The notes under the pieces were generated by a model. The model searched no databases, was not told where the DNA came from, and was given only the letters and a program-made list of their open reading frames with translations. From the NCBI GenBank assembly GCA_040954595.2, contig CM082584.2:5398110-5462109 (forward strand): a stretch of 64,000 nt of DNA, in the 5' to 3' direction. Source of the stretch: Balanoglossus misakiensis (taxonomy: Eukaryota > Animalia > Hemichordata). How positions within the stretch are numbered: the first letter of the stretch is position 1; the number at the start of each line of letters is the position of its first letter. The position numbers were made by a program, and so were the translations under genes. Below are positions 1 through 14,100 of the stretch, in pieces.

Positions 1-3000
1 ACAGGGAAACGAGAGACAGGCTGGCAACGGACTCTCACAGAATTGACCCTCGAATCCCGGCATACAGCTGCATATCACATCACCGCTGAAGGACAAACAC
101 ATCCCACCATTCTGGCACGGACTGCTACTGCATGGATCCAACGACTGGCAACGGTCTCCAACTAAGCCAGGTGGACACCTAATGAAAATGGTAATCAAAA
201 TCATTGATATTCTTTCTAAATAACTGGCATTTCAGTTTTGTTATTTTAGTGTTTGCTGTTTTATAAGGGCCGATATGAAACTGAAATAAATGATATTTTT
301 TATAATTATTATGAAGACAGCACTACAGTTTTGTTTGTACAAGTAGTTACAGCGCATAGCCAATTCAGGACCCATCCATGACCTCATTACATAGACACAT
401 ACTAATATTTTGGTATGTGGTATTCAAAATTCTTCTTTGGCTCAGAGAAAAATAAAACACGAAAATTAAAAAAAATTCACTTACCTACAGACTACTCCAC
501 CAAATGCATCTTCTAAGCAATCACCACCATTACATGGTCTAGAATCACATCCTAATAATTCGGACTCACAGTTAACTCCAGTGAAACCAGTGGCACACTC
601 GCATGATGGCTGAAGTGGGGTTGAAAAAAAAATAGCATCAATGACACTGTGTTCCCACTTACATGTATATCTGTTAAAATTGGACTCATACTAATCAATT
701 GGCCCTTTCTGAATAAATTTGACCAGATATTTGAGAGATATGAAGATATTGTGGTCTATAGTGTACAACCATACACAGTTATCACTGTAGTCTGTTACAG
801 AGGATGTCTTGTGGAATGTTAGAAATTTACGGCTATCAAATTTTTAAATTAGGAGATGACGAAAACGATGTTTCATTTAGATGTTTGGTTGGTTGGTTGG
901 TTTTTTGATTGATTGGTTGTTGATTAATTGATTGGCTGACGGACTGATTGATCGATCAGGGGTAAAAACCACACTTACCTCATTATTAATTTCCCAGCAG
1001 TACCCACCATTTTGACATGGATTTGGTAAACACACACCTAGTCTGTATTCACAGTACGTGCCACCAAATTCATCACCACACAAACAGAATGGTCCTATTA
1101 AAAAATCACAAGAAATTAAACTGAATACATGTACATATTTAACCCTTTCACCCCAGTTCCCTCATTAGAGGTTCAACCTGATGTCCTTAATACTACAGAC
1201 AGGTATCACTATAACACATAGTGATGTACATTGTATTACAGTGCAGCTTAGGAATAGCTTTCCAATTTGCTAACAACTTGCTGACACGGTGTTTATAATG
1301 AGCCAACACAGTGTTAGCCTGTGTGTTCCAAGTGTTACAAAGGTGTGAATCTGTTGGCCCTGGCACTTGGCATTGTTCAGTGTTAGCATGTGCTACAAAG
1401 GTGTTAAACCTTGGAGCACCCTATTGTTTTGGCACACAGTGTTAGCCTGTGTGTTCCAAGTGTTACAAAGGTGTGAATCTGTTGGCCCTGGCACTTGGCA
1501 TTGTTCAGTGTTAGCACCTTGGCGCACCCTATTGTTTTGGAACACCCCAGTTAAACACAAGCCCAATAGGTGCTAATTAGAGCGCCAATAGGGTGCCAAC
1601 CCAGAGTTGACCCAGTGTTTAAACAGAGCTGACCCAGTGTTGGTGCAGTTGGAAAGCTATTCCTAAGCTGCACTGTATGGTAGTAGCAAAGCAGTATGGT
1701 AATTGACCATTTTAGATTCTTACCTAAACTGTCAATGAGACACTCTCCATTTTGACACGGTGATGGAGTACAGGTTGATGCACTGATTTCACATCGATCA
1801 CCAGTAAATCCTCCCTGACACTGACACGTGTAGTCTTCATTCTCCGTTCTGCAGAGTCCTCCATTATAACATGGATTACTATCACACGGATCAGAGATCA
1901 ATTCTTGACAATTCGTTCCAGTGTACGGCAGATTGCAAATACACGTGTATGAGGAGTAACCTTGATCAACGCACTGACCTCCGTTGATGCATGGATTGGA
2001 GGTACACGGTAAGGGTGGTAAGGCGGTCTCGCAGTTGTTGCCTGTGAAACCGGCGTCACACTGGCAGCTGTACCCGTTGCCGGCGACAACGCACGCCCCG
2101 TTGACGCAGGGACTGGAATCGCAGGCCGTAATTTGACGTTCGCAATTCACGCCCGTGAAACCGGTCGGACACGAGCACAGGTAGCTGTTGATCTGGTTGA
2201 CGCACGTGGCTCCGTTCAAACAGGGCAGCAAATCGCAGGGTTGTATCAGCGTGTCGCACAAGGGACCGGTATAGCCGGTGTAACACGTGCAGAAGAAACT
2301 GCTACCCACATAGTCGCAGACACCGAACCGGCAGGGGTTGTCATCGCACGGCGTGATCAAAGTCTCGCAGTTCCGTCCCGTGTAGCTGGATCCGCAGGTG
2401 CACGCGTAGTTGTTGCCGCTGCTCTCGCAGATTCCGTCGTTCAGGCACGGCGAACTATCGCAGGGCGTTATCAGCGCATCGCAGTTCCGGCCGCGATACC
2501 CGATGTCGCACTGACAGACGTAATCGCCGCCGACCTGCTGACAGACGCCGTTGACGCACGGATTGGGGGTGCAGGGGATGTCGGCCTCGCAGTAGTTGCC
2601 TTGGTAACCGGCGTCGCACTCACAGGTATACCTGGCTATGCCGTCGATACAGCGCCCTCTATTGGAACAGGGCGGCGTTTGGGAGGCCAAACATTCATCG
2701 ATGTTGATCTCACAGTGGTTGCCCGAGAATCCGTTGAGGCAGAAACAAGAGTACTGTCCCTGTGGCAGGTTTGTGGGGCATCCTGGGACATCTTTCTGAC
2801 AGCAAAATGCGCCATTCTTACAAGGGTTCGGTTGGCAGGCGTCCACTGTTTGATCGCAATACGTACCAGTGTAGCCATAATCACATTCACATGTATAGGA
2901 ATTCACTTGATCTATACAGGTGCCTATATACAAGAAAGTAGATACAAGATTTATTACTTGAACATCACATGCTTTTGCCAAAGCAATAATAAAACTCCGC

Positions 3001-6000
3001 TGTAATGATTTGGAAATACAAATAAGATCATGAACATGGGTTTTTTCTCTCCACAATTTACACTCTAACCACTAGTTATAAAACAGACACCCAACTAAGG
3101 ATGGATGCATGCTAAAAGATAAACCATGCAATTTTCAGACAAATGTTGTAAAAATTCAAACACAAATCACATATAGTGACATAAAAATTTGTTTTAGTTC
3201 ACTCTGAATTCAGTTGCTTTGCTCTGCTTGGCAATTTTACTACATAGCAGTACATTGTATAAACACCCCCTTTCAGAATTTTCCCAGCAATTCCATGGGA
3301 AGAAACAAAAGCCACTCAGATTTACTCAGATTTGACTTTTTTAATTAACACTGATTAGTTCAACTATTGAATATCGCTGGATGGACGATGAATTAACCTA
3401 GTTTTATTTGCCAGAAAGCGAAAAAGCAGGATGAGTTAGTACCATAGTATAAATTCACTTACCATACAGACCACACTGATTATTGACACAGTCATCGATG
3501 TTGACAGTACAATAGCGACCGGTGAATCCAGCTAAACAATTACATGATGGCTCGATCTGTCCTGCAGGGGGTGGAATACATATCCCACCGTTCCAGCACG
3601 GATTGGTACTGCATGGTGCTTCCAGTTCACAGTTAGTGCCAGCTCTGTTGTCAGGGCATTGGCATATGTACTTGCTGATATCATCAATACAGGTACCTCC
3701 AAATAGGCACGGGCTTGATGCACAGTCATTGATGTTGGACTCGCATCGTATTCCTATGAAATAAAGACTTGGGTGTCAAAACATTGACTCTGTTTTTACA
3801 CATCCAATACCTAAGAATCAGTGTGCTCTCAGAAACATTTGAGTTCAATTTGAGGATTTCTAACAATTTCTCCGAGTCAGCCCTACACCTTCGCATGTAT
3901 TGAGGATAAATTTCTTGAGTCACCAGTGAGTTTGTTGAGACAGTGGCACAGCATATTGGCTTAGAGGATGCACTGCTAATATCCAGATATCATATGGTGT
4001 GTGTGTCTGTGTGTGCACAAGCAAATTGGTTTCCTATCAAAACATCCATATGTCCACAAACCCTGGGGCTGCTCCCCCCCCCCCTGTATCATGTCTATAT
4101 ATCCCTATGAAATGTATGTCGTCTACATAATTTGGGCAACCCTCCTATGTCATCTCTAATACACTCTGACTTCATTCTCCAAACTCACCTGCAAAGCCAG
4201 GCGCACACTGACAGGTGTAACTATTCACTTCATCGAGACACACAGCATTATTCAAACAGGGACTGCTGCTACACTCATTCATTTCGATTTCACAGAGCAG
4301 GCTTGTGAATCCCGGCGTGCAGACACAGATGAATTGGCCTTGACCGTCATTCTGACAAAGTCCACCATTTTCACACGGATTCGAAGTGCATGCGTTAATC
4401 AACACCTCACAGTTGACACCAGCATGGGTTGGAGGGCAGTTACAGACATATGCATTCACCAGATCAGTACAGATACCTGCAGGAATACAGAAAACATAAA
4501 ATTATTATTTAAACTACAAGTATTTGTAAAAGAAGTTCCAACCAAAGACATGTAGGATAAAGAACTTGATGTAGTACACTAAAATCTGTTGCTGTTTTTT
4601 TTTTAAAGTTTGACATTCAAAATATTATTTTTGTGTCTTGAAGCCTGAAGATATTAATTACAACCCATATCTTTCTTAGAAGTACAGTACTTAACAGAGT
4701 GTAATGGTGACTAAAATAGCATATAGTAAATTTTGTTTGAAACTAAAATCCAGCACAAGCCTATGTAATGTAACCAATGATGTGCACACATACCTGCATT
4801 TTGACACGGTTGACTGCTACACTCATCAACATCAATCAGACAGTTGATTCCAGCAAAACCAGCGGCACACTCACAACGATAGCTATTCACCAAATCAATA
4901 CACTGACCATTGTTCTGACACGGATTGCTGCCACACTCATGGGACTCCGTCTCGCACTGGTTGCCATAGAAACCAGGAACGCAGGTGCAAAGATAGTCGG
5001 CGGGTTGGTCGGTACAGGTGGCTCCGTTCTGACACGGGTCGCTGGCGCACTCGTCGACGTCCACCTCGCACAGCCTCCCCACGAATCCCTGGGCGCAGTT
5101 GCAGACGAAGGAGTTCAGCAGGTCGACGCAGAGGGCGCCGTTCTGGCACGGGTCGCTGGCGCACTCGTCCGTCTGCCTCTCGCAGTTCCCGCCCTCGTAA
5201 CCCGCGGAGCACTGGCACAGGTAGCCGTTGATGACGTCCCGGCAGAGGCCGCCGTTCCGACACGGCGTGCTGCCGCACTCGTTGATGTCCGTCTCGCAGT
5301 GCCGGCCGGTGAACCCCACCTGGCACTCGCAGAGGTAACCGCTGATCCCGTCGCGACAAACCGCGGCGTTCTGACACGGATTGCTGCTGCATTCGTTGAC
5401 GTTAAACTCGCAGTGAGTTCCCAGGAACCCAGCGGGACAGTCGCAGGTATAGCCATTGACCACGTCTGTGCACACGGCACCATTCTGACAAGGGTTACTT
5501 TCACATTCAAATAATTCCGTGTTGCAGTTGTCACCGATGAAACCTGGCGGGCAGATGCAAATGTAGCTGTTGATTTCATCGACGCACTCCCCACCATTAC
5601 CGCAGGGATTACTTGAACATTCATCAATGTTGGTTTGACAATTCACACCTGCCAAAGAGAAAAACAGAACAATCAATGAGAAGTTACATACAAATGTATG
5701 ACAGCATGTCAACACAACACTTCACACATTCCAAATTATAAATAGTATAAATTTTAAAAATGCATTTTGCATCCATTGAGCAGTGGGCCATCTAAAGGCC
5801 ATTGTCAAATGCATTTTCCGTTGTGTTGATTTTCAGCATCAAATCACATGGAGTGACCGTGATCAAAAATAACAGACTCTGACTGAGTAGCAACTTGCTG
5901 CAAGGTAACTGATAAATAATTTTTATAAAAGACCCACTTACCAGTAAAGCCATCTAAACAAGTACAAACATAAGATGCTATGGTATCCAAACACAGAGCA

Positions 6001-9000
6001 CCATTCAAACAGGGATTGCTAGCACATTGATCTCCATCATCCTCACATCTATCTCCTGACCAGCCAGGTTGGCAATCACATCGATAACTGCCGATCAGAT
6101 CTCGACAGATACCTGTCAAATACATAAAAATATTTATTTGGGAGATAGTTCAGAAGAAGAAACTACACCAATTGTACTTTTCATGTATATAAAAGTCCTA
6201 TACTGAATTCAGATGGGAAATGTGATTAGTTATAGGATAACTTTCATAATTTCACTGGTATAGATGTACAACAAACAGTGTAATTAGACCCAGAGTTAGG
6301 AACGATGTCTTTTCCTGTAAATTGCAACATTAAAATACAAACATTTGATTGTGGTATCAGTACTGTAATTAAATTAGACTAGTAGCAAAATTAAATTAGT
6401 CGCAATCATTGTTTGTGGAAGTAAAGGTTTTTTTTTATACACATGTGCATTCAGAACAAGCAAGCCAAGTCGTGCGGACCAGACAATGTATTTTCACATG
6501 CTGATAGATATTTACTTAATATCTTACCTCCATTTTGACATGGACTGCTAAGACACTCATTGATAGTGTCTATTTCGCAGTTGGGTCCAGTAAATGAAGG
6601 TGTGCATTGGCAACGGTAAGCTTTGACCAAGTCAATACATGTACCACCATTCTGACAGGGATTGCTAGTACATTGGTCTCCATCTAATTCACACCGCGAA
6701 CCACTGAAGCCTTCTGGACAAGTACATCGATAGGCATTCAGCAGATCTGTACACTGCCCTGTGGACAATAATAAACAATATAGCAGAAAATTACATATTA
6801 TGGAAACACTCAGTTGAAACAATATCCAAATATAGAGGTCACAGTTGATGACAGTTGTGTAAGACTGGTGATAAAGTTGTAGTAGAGATCATAAGTGGCA
6901 GGTCACAATGCATCACACTGATTCAGCAAGGAGATTATTGTGTACCATGTGGTCTACACATACTCTCCCAACTATGTAATACTCATCAGTTCAGTATTTT
7001 GACCCAGCTGTAACACATACTTGAGCGAGATTTATTTCCCAATCTATTGACTTAGTTACTTTGGACAATGCCAACCAACTGTGAACATATGGCAAAAATT
7101 GTTCCCAGAATAAAACATTGATAAAGTCACCATAAAAATGAGACGTATGCACAGTCCAATCTATTATTCCCTTAGACTACACCCATAAGGTTTTTAAAAG
7201 TATCCTACTGGAACCCCTCTTTTTCTTGGTTTACTTCATATTATAATTAATATTAATTTAATGGTGGCTTACCTCCGTTGAGACAGGGTTGGCTCTGACA
7301 CTCATCAATATCAACCGTACAAGTTGTTCCAGTGTATCCTGTCAAACACTGACAACGGAATGCATTGGTGAGATCTATACAGATACCACCATTTCTACAT
7401 GGATTACTGCTGCATTCATCGAAGTTCACTTCACAATTTGTACCTGATGAATGGAAGATGTAGTTTTAGTATGATATAAGTGTAATTGTGAAATAACTGG
7501 TGCAAGAATACAAGGTTTAAATCCCCTATAGCTGCCAAATTTCACATATTTTTTCCACAGTAAAATACTTCAAATATATTCCCTATCCTCTAAAATCCTC
7601 ACCATTAAGCCATATTACTTGCATTTGCATCAGTTTGTCATCTCTTGGCGATGCATACCAAGATAGCTGCGTACTGTTTGTATGGAGGCTGATTAACAGG
7701 TGCGGCACCGTTTTAATACATCACGAATAGTTGAATAGGCTATAATATTGAATACATTCTGCTTTGTGTGACCATCAAGATACTAAGAAGAATTACACAT
7801 CTCACCTTCATAACCAGCCACACATTCACATATGTAACCATTTAATCCTTCAATACAGATGCCACCATTTAAACATGGACTACTTGCACACTCCATGGAT
7901 TCTGATTCGCAATGTGTTCCAACAAATCCTGCAGGACACTGGCATGTGTACCCATTCACACCATCTACACAAACACCTCCATTTGTACATGGGTTGCTGA
8001 CACATTCATTGTTGTTCAATTCACAGAGTGTGCCTGGAGTATTAAAGGGGAAGAGAGAATACCTGGAGTTAGTTTTCAAACTGAAAACAGCTGATTAGCT
8101 TGATCAACTAAGGGGTCAGAGCTCTTTAATCAACCCCTTGCACAGACCAGAAACTAAACTACAACCTGTTTTCAGTCTGCCTCACATATTGGTGGCGGTA
8201 TCATGATACTGGGACTGTTAGCAACGTTATGCTAGAACTACATGTATAGCTTTGTATTCTACTGGCAAAACATGACAAAGCATCATGTATCACACGGGAT
8301 GCATATATACCCAACTTGAGTTAGGATTTTAATTCCATTGTCAATCTTATAAATATAAGGATCTGTTGTCAAAACAAGAAACTGAAATTGATAAAACTTA
8401 AAGGGGAACAGAAACAGTAATACATGTATAAGTTATCCAACTTTACATCTACTGTATTTTAAGATAAAAAAGAAAGTTCATTGCAATACTACAGGTAGGT
8501 CTATACACATAACTTACCTGTAAATCCACTAGGGCATAAACACTGAAAGCCATTTTCAGTTGGAAGGCATGTTGCTCCATTCTGACACGGAAATGACGAA
8601 CAAACTGGAACCTCAGTTCTACTGGTAGTTAACAGTGCCTCAGTTCTGGCGTCTGTAACAGTTGGCACCAGTGTGGGTGACTGAACAGTAGTCTTGCTTG
8701 TTGTTGTTTGTTTTGCTGTAGTCTGTTTTATTGTTGCTGTTGTTGTTGTTTGTGGTGGCAACTGAGTAGTCCTTTGTTCTTGCGTGGTCTGCATTGAAGA
8801 AGTTGAACGGACGGGCATTGGTGTTGTTGAACGGGTGGGCATTGACGATGTCGGCCGAACAGGTGGTTCTGTAGCCCCTGGGAAAATTTCACAATTTCTT
8901 CCAGTGTATGGTGATGGGCAGTCGCAGGTAAACGTAGCGACCCCCATATCACTTCTGTTATATGACACACAGGTTCCACCATTGATACATGGGTTGGGTG

Positions 9001-10495
9001 TGCAGGCATCACCTATATAAAATGTATGAAAGGAGTCAACAGATTTAGGTTTTACAAGTACATGTATACATGTGCCGGTATGTATTTCAGGTGGTTATAC
9101 ATGTAGGACAGTTACTTTCTTGAACCAAACCTTAATTTCTACTTCCTGGTGGTTATTTGTATGCACAACACACAGCTACAAGTAAATACTGTATACATTG
9201 TTATTGTCAAGAGGTCAGTGGTTTACAATGCTTTATAATCGTACATGTACACACTGTCTCACTCGACTATAAAAATGGCAAAATAACATAAACCTACAGT
9301 GTTCTCCCGAGGGTGGGGGGGGGGGGGTAAACAAAAAAATCTCATTAATCATAAATTATATAAATAGTATTGTTATGCAAATTAGCCAATACTGTATCAA
9401 ATTCATTGGGAGAACTCTGTCCTCCATAAGATACCTCCAAATCCATTGGACACACCCTTTCTACAAAAAAAATAGTAGTATTAACATACCCCCTTCACAG
9501 GTGGCAGCTGACTCATCCTCTTGATTGTCACCACAGTCATTGTATCCATCACACACCCAATTAAATAGGATACATGTACAGTTTTCATTGCCACATGATA
9601 CAAATCTCACTCCTCCATAAGTTACACAATCATCACAAGGATATAGTTGACCTGCAAAAATAACACACCTCATTTTAAAGATGAAAAGTTAAAATTAAAG
9701 CACCATTAGCTGTAACGTTTTTGTATGTTTTCAATGTTTTTGTTTTGCGTACCTACTACAGTTTCCCTTTTCAAATCCCTGAAGCATGATGTAATTCCAA
9801 GTATCCAGCTAAACTATATACGTCGTATATAGTCAGCATTGATACAGTGCAAAATTTGTATTCAAGTCTGTCTGGACTAGAATTTGTTTGTCAACAATAA
9901 CAATAATAAGAGCAGTTTATACACACTTTTTTACAGGCTATGTTGACAAGCTGACTGCTGAGTACTGGGTACATGTATATTAGATGCTGTTTGGAGAACA
10001 AGAAATTGCATTTGGTACACAGAACAAAAATACTGAAAATAAAGGCATACAGACATCTGTGGCAATTTAGCTACAGTTACCATGGTAAACTGAGATCTAA
10101 CCAACTGTGGGCACACCCACTGAGTAAATAACCAGTGATTCCCATACTTTTAATATTGTACAATGTTTCTGACATTATGTCTGGAAAGGTGTGGCACAAA
10201 TTATAAGGTTATACAAACAGAAATCTAATGTCACCTCTAATTATTATTCCTTCAATTAAATAATATGGTTTCAAATATGGATGATGGGTACAGTATTCCG
10301 AAATGAGTTTGGACTCAATGTGTTACAGTAACAATACAATGTATCAATACTTATTCAATAATTGTAGTACAATACAGTATTGCGTAATACAATGTATTAC
10401 TACGACTCACCGGCCACTATACCGGTCAGCAGCAACAAGTTTGCGATCACCAGTAACGCCATACAAGAGACGATTGGATTTCGCCGCACTTGCAT
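1..10495 (-). CDS. Multi-EGF-repeat extracellular protein (signal peptide, LDLa, EGF, mucin-like stalk, ~35 EGF repeats; Notch/fibropellin/eyes-shut-like), 3' end outside window
   Basis: Phase-consistent GT-AG exons in transcript order: 10411-10495 ([28 protein letters not shown], signal peptide), 9490-9651 ([21 protein letters not shown], LDLa), 8518-9012 (EGF, Thr/Pro-rich stalk, EGF), 7806-8033, 7273-7443, 6528-6758, 5942-6112, 4794-5648, 4189-4476, 3463-3753, 1724-2923, 979-1094, 485-609, <1-178. About 1530 codons in window. Repeated Ca-binding EGF motifs such as DINECxSxPCxNGxxC. Confidence 0.93.
1139..1180. mobile_element. piggyBac-like ~90 bp MITE, truncated copy
   Basis: TTAACCCTTTCACCCCAGTTCCCTCATTAGAGGTTCAACCT matches one end of the family. 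Confidence 0.65.
1239..1675. mobile_element. Tc1/mariner-type MITE with internal tandem repeats
   Basis: TIR CAGTGCAGCTTAGGAATAGCTTTCCAA ... TTGGAAAGCTATTCCTAAGCTGCACTG, flanked by TA on both sides; an ~80 bp internal unit occurs twice (about 1306 and 1434). Confidence 0.8.
7517..7720. repeat. Dispersed repeat fragments
   Basis: 7517-7655 resembles 49287-49430 (..GCTGCCAAA..TTCCCTATC..ATCAGTTTGTCATCTCTTGGCGA); 7673-7718 is the reverse complement of 62201-62246. Confidence 0.65.
9695..10080. mobile_element. TTAA-targeting (Kolobok-like) ~360 bp MITE copy
   Basis: Shares CATTAGCTGTA, GAAGCATGATG..AGTATCCAGCT and CAGGCTATGTTGACAAGC with 16599-16953; right end degenerate. Confidence 0.7.
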
Positions 10496-11179
10496 TTTGA
10501 TCATCACCAGGTCAAATGTTTCAAACACACTCCTGTAGACGATCGGTGACGTTCCGCCGCTTGCCTTTCTCTTGCATAGCACTGCATTCACTCCTAGCTC
10601 CTATATCCTCCGAAAACTCACTCCTTGCTTCCTTCGATGTTGTAAATACTACGAAGGTATGTAAATACGGTTTTCGTTTAGTACAGTGTACGTGTATTTG
10701 CTTTGACTTGAGTGGCCGCTGGGTGGCGCTCGTTCTCGAGCTCTGTTGGAACGGAGCAACGTGATTCGGCGTGATAATGATAATAAATGTGTAATAAAAT
10801 TTGATTTATGAAGAGTTACAAAACACTTCTCGTCACAAAAGGGTAGATATTTTTTATTTATTTAAAAAGAAAAGCAGGCGCGTGGTAGGAGGGTTTACAG
10901 TAATACACACATGTGCTGGAATGGTTGCATACTGTGCTTGGGTTAGGGAGAAGCTGTACACAAATGAATAAAAATCCACTGAAAAAAAATTGACGGAAAT
11001 ACACTGCAAACATAACAACTTTACAGTGACCACTGTAGCTGATTAGAAAAGGCCATATCTCGGTGATGTCCTTATCATTTGCTTGCTTCTGAAAGCCAAG
11101 CACCTGTGGCTAGCTCGGCTGGGAACAACTGATTGCGCCCTCATATATCCCCATATGACCGTTCCAACAACAAAACAAT
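10496..11179. promoter_or_regulatory. Probable bidirectional promoter between the EGF gene and RANBP3
   Basis: Start codons diverge about 685 bp apart; the interval is CpG-richer than introns; CTCF-like TGGCCGCTGGGTGGCGCT at 10713-10730; YY1-like AATATGGCGG overlaps the RANBP3 ATG. Confidence 0.65.
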
Positions 11180-14100
11180 ATGGCGGAATCCGAAGCGAAG
11201 TCGTCGGGTGAGTTGCAATGAAAACAAACCAAATTCAATCCCCAGTACTCTCAAAAATTCATAATTTTGTTGGTGGGCGCTAACTTACTCATTTGCGTAT
11301 TTTCAGGTAACGTGGAAGAAGAGCCGGAAGCTACCGGTGATACTGAAAATGGTGAGTTCATACCGAGTGTTTGCAGCTTCAAATTTACCGTTTTACGATG
11401 CCGCCTGCCCGATATTAAAACGCTTGTGATGTTCAGCTTTATACATCGCACGTTTTTAATATGATTATGTAAAACATCGTGTGAATGAATTCACCAGGAC
11501 GCAATTAACGAACGTTTTAATTAGATAGGTTGTTCTGTGGGTCTCCCAGCGTGTTCCGTTTTTGTGAATGCTGACTGCTGTGTGCCGAAACGATTGGATC
11601 AACGGCATGTCATTCTCGTGTGTTCGTTATTGTATGGTTTCGTGGAAAATTCCCATACCATTCGCGCTGGGCACTAACACTGTTGTGTCTTCAACGGAGC
11701 ATCCAGGAATGCTAAAGTTCTATGCGTAACGTCTGTTATAAACTTCTCGGTCTTCTTGTCTGATAAACACCCAAAACTGCCAAGTCTGGGCACTTCACTG
11801 TTGAAAACAAAAAGAGATTGACAGTCATGTCTTGAGATACGGGGCAAGCAGCGATGCGACTGGGCTGTAGGCACTGTCAAAGAGATACTGTAGGTTTCTT
11901 TTCGTCGACTCAAAGTCTGGCAAATTGCAGTTATACAGTATCCGGTTTAGTTTCTCAAAAGAGGTGGTTGACCGGGAAAATTCTGACTTCGACGTGAACA
12001 CTGCGTTTGCAAGTTGTAAAGTGCCTCCCAAACGACCTCATTATTATGCAAATGAGGTGTCGCCAGCGTGCGCCAGTTCCAACTAGTGAGCGTAGCATTA
12101 AAAACATAAACATAGGAAGCCTACTGATAGTTAAGATTGACGTTCAGTATGTTAAGTCATGAGTATGACTATGTCTACTGCCTGTGTTTCAAAGCGATAT
12201 GTCGTTTTATAAATTGCCATGGAGAGCAGGATTTTGTCCAAAGATGTGGATATTTCCTGTCACAGGTTTGTGATCATCAGTTATATATCAATGTCATTCT
12301 ACTTTAAATGTTGATGACTCAACTGTAGCCATTGCCATTTACGTGCGGTATCTGGTATCTGAGGTTTGACTTGTGGTAGTGTAGCACTGTAGCAGTAGCC
12401 AGAAATTGTTTGCTTGTCGTGTTGTATATTGTGATAGTTATACTTTCAATTCTGCTGTTTTAATTGTTTTAAAATTATGATAAAATACATTTTTGATGAA
12501 CGGGACAGTTGCACAGACATGGTTACACAATGTATGTTGATACGTATGTTGATAATCGGTATCCTCATGACCTCAGACCATTATGTGTATTTTGGGACAA
12601 CAAGGTTGTAAATGTATGGCAAAAAGGGTCATGAACTTTGGGAGGGCCTAGGAATAATATCTAGGATGCCAATACATATCAAGGTTGTAAAGATGTTATT
12701 GCATATACATGTATTAAAATATGATTTAACCCTAATGCTAATGTTTATGGTGTCAAGTCCTTTAAAATACATACGTGCCATATTTTCTTCTTAAAGGCCA
12801 AATAAAAACGTCTTGGCATGGCTCACTTATATAATACAACGTAATTGGCCACACCTTGGTAAAATGTACCAAATTGTACTGGTTTTCACTGGTTTGGCGT
12901 GAGGGTCTTGTATAGGCCCTACTGAGTAACAGTAACACACTTAGCAGCCTAAACAGGCCTGAGAGCCAGGATTCTAGGCACCCTGGAAATCAAACCAGTT
13001 TCAACCGACTTGGCAGCATTAGGGTTTTAAAGCTGCAGAAACCCTACCTTTAGACAATGTTTACCTTTAATAACTGCCCAATTTTCTCATAATTCCTCGT
13101 GGAATGTTGTTCAATGAATAAATAACCAAGTTTTGTGCCACTGAAATGACATATTTAGTACAAGTGCTTAGCCTTTCGCCATCAAACGTATTGACTTGTA
13201 AAGATGGACCTTTATACAGTAGAACGTCAATTATCTGAACGGCACTTATCAGATTGTTTGGTTATCCAAACTTGCTCTGTGTCCTCTCAACTGTACTTGT
13301 GTAATTATGAATCATATGTCAATCCAAAGTCTGTCTTAGTTAGAACAAATGGAGCTTAAAATATAATTTGCCAAGAAGATCATAATATCGATATAACTTT
13401 TCTGACTTTGTGTGATATTCTTTACTGTAGAATGCAAGAGTGGCATGGTAGCCCCACCGAAATTTGTCTTTGGACAAAACATGGAAGGAAGAGTCAAAGT
13501 GAGTCATTTACAGTTTGAAGTTATTCTGTAATTGTTGATGGTACTGTTTGTATGAACTGACACTAGAGGTAGTCAGTGTCCGTTCAAGTTTATGTTTCTG
13601 AGCCACACTCTGATTTGGTTTTTTTGTCTTTACAGAGGCAAGGTGATGAGCAGTCAAATCCGGACACTGAAGGAGGGGGTAAGTTGATGATTCATTGTAG
13701 GTGTGACTTTATTCTTGCTTGATTTGTGCAGATACAACATGGTACTAGAATAATGTGTATGCCATAAACATTGATGAAATCAAAATTCAGTGAAATCGGC
13801 CAGTGCTCCATGATGACAGCTAATTCAATCAAATAGACAGTATTTTGTCCCTGTGTTAGCGCTGGCCATTTGCCATGTTTGCAAATGCGAATTAAAAACT
13901 GATATGGCTAAACAAAATCGTGCTTATTCGCCAAAGTGACGAAACAAATTTTTGCTTAAAAAACTTGTAAAACGAAAAAAATGGTTCTTATTTATATTTC
14001 CTGTGTCTGCCTGTTATGATGAGTTGTTTTAATACTGAGAATTTGTTCATTCTTTGAACAGATGACGTTCACAGTGATGATTGCTCTCATGATGAATCTG

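Noticed and set aside
1300-1560. CRISPR-like repeat array
   Set aside because: Eukaryotic context; these are internal tandem repeats of a MITE with no unique spacers.
2133-3005. 290 aa plus-strand ORF, and similar ORFs at 4777-5514, 4937-5392 and 5115-5627
   Set aside because: Antisense or alternative-frame shadows of GC-rich EGF exons; no recognisable domain.
4960-4973. Perfect X-box GTTGCCATAGAAAC, also at ~61782
   Set aside because: The first lies in coding sequence and the second in a repeat-like region far from a promoter.
1-10495. Calling the EGF gene Notch, fibropellin or Crumbs
   Set aside because: The N-terminal LDLa and mucin stalk do not fit, and the diagnostic C-terminal domains are outside the window.
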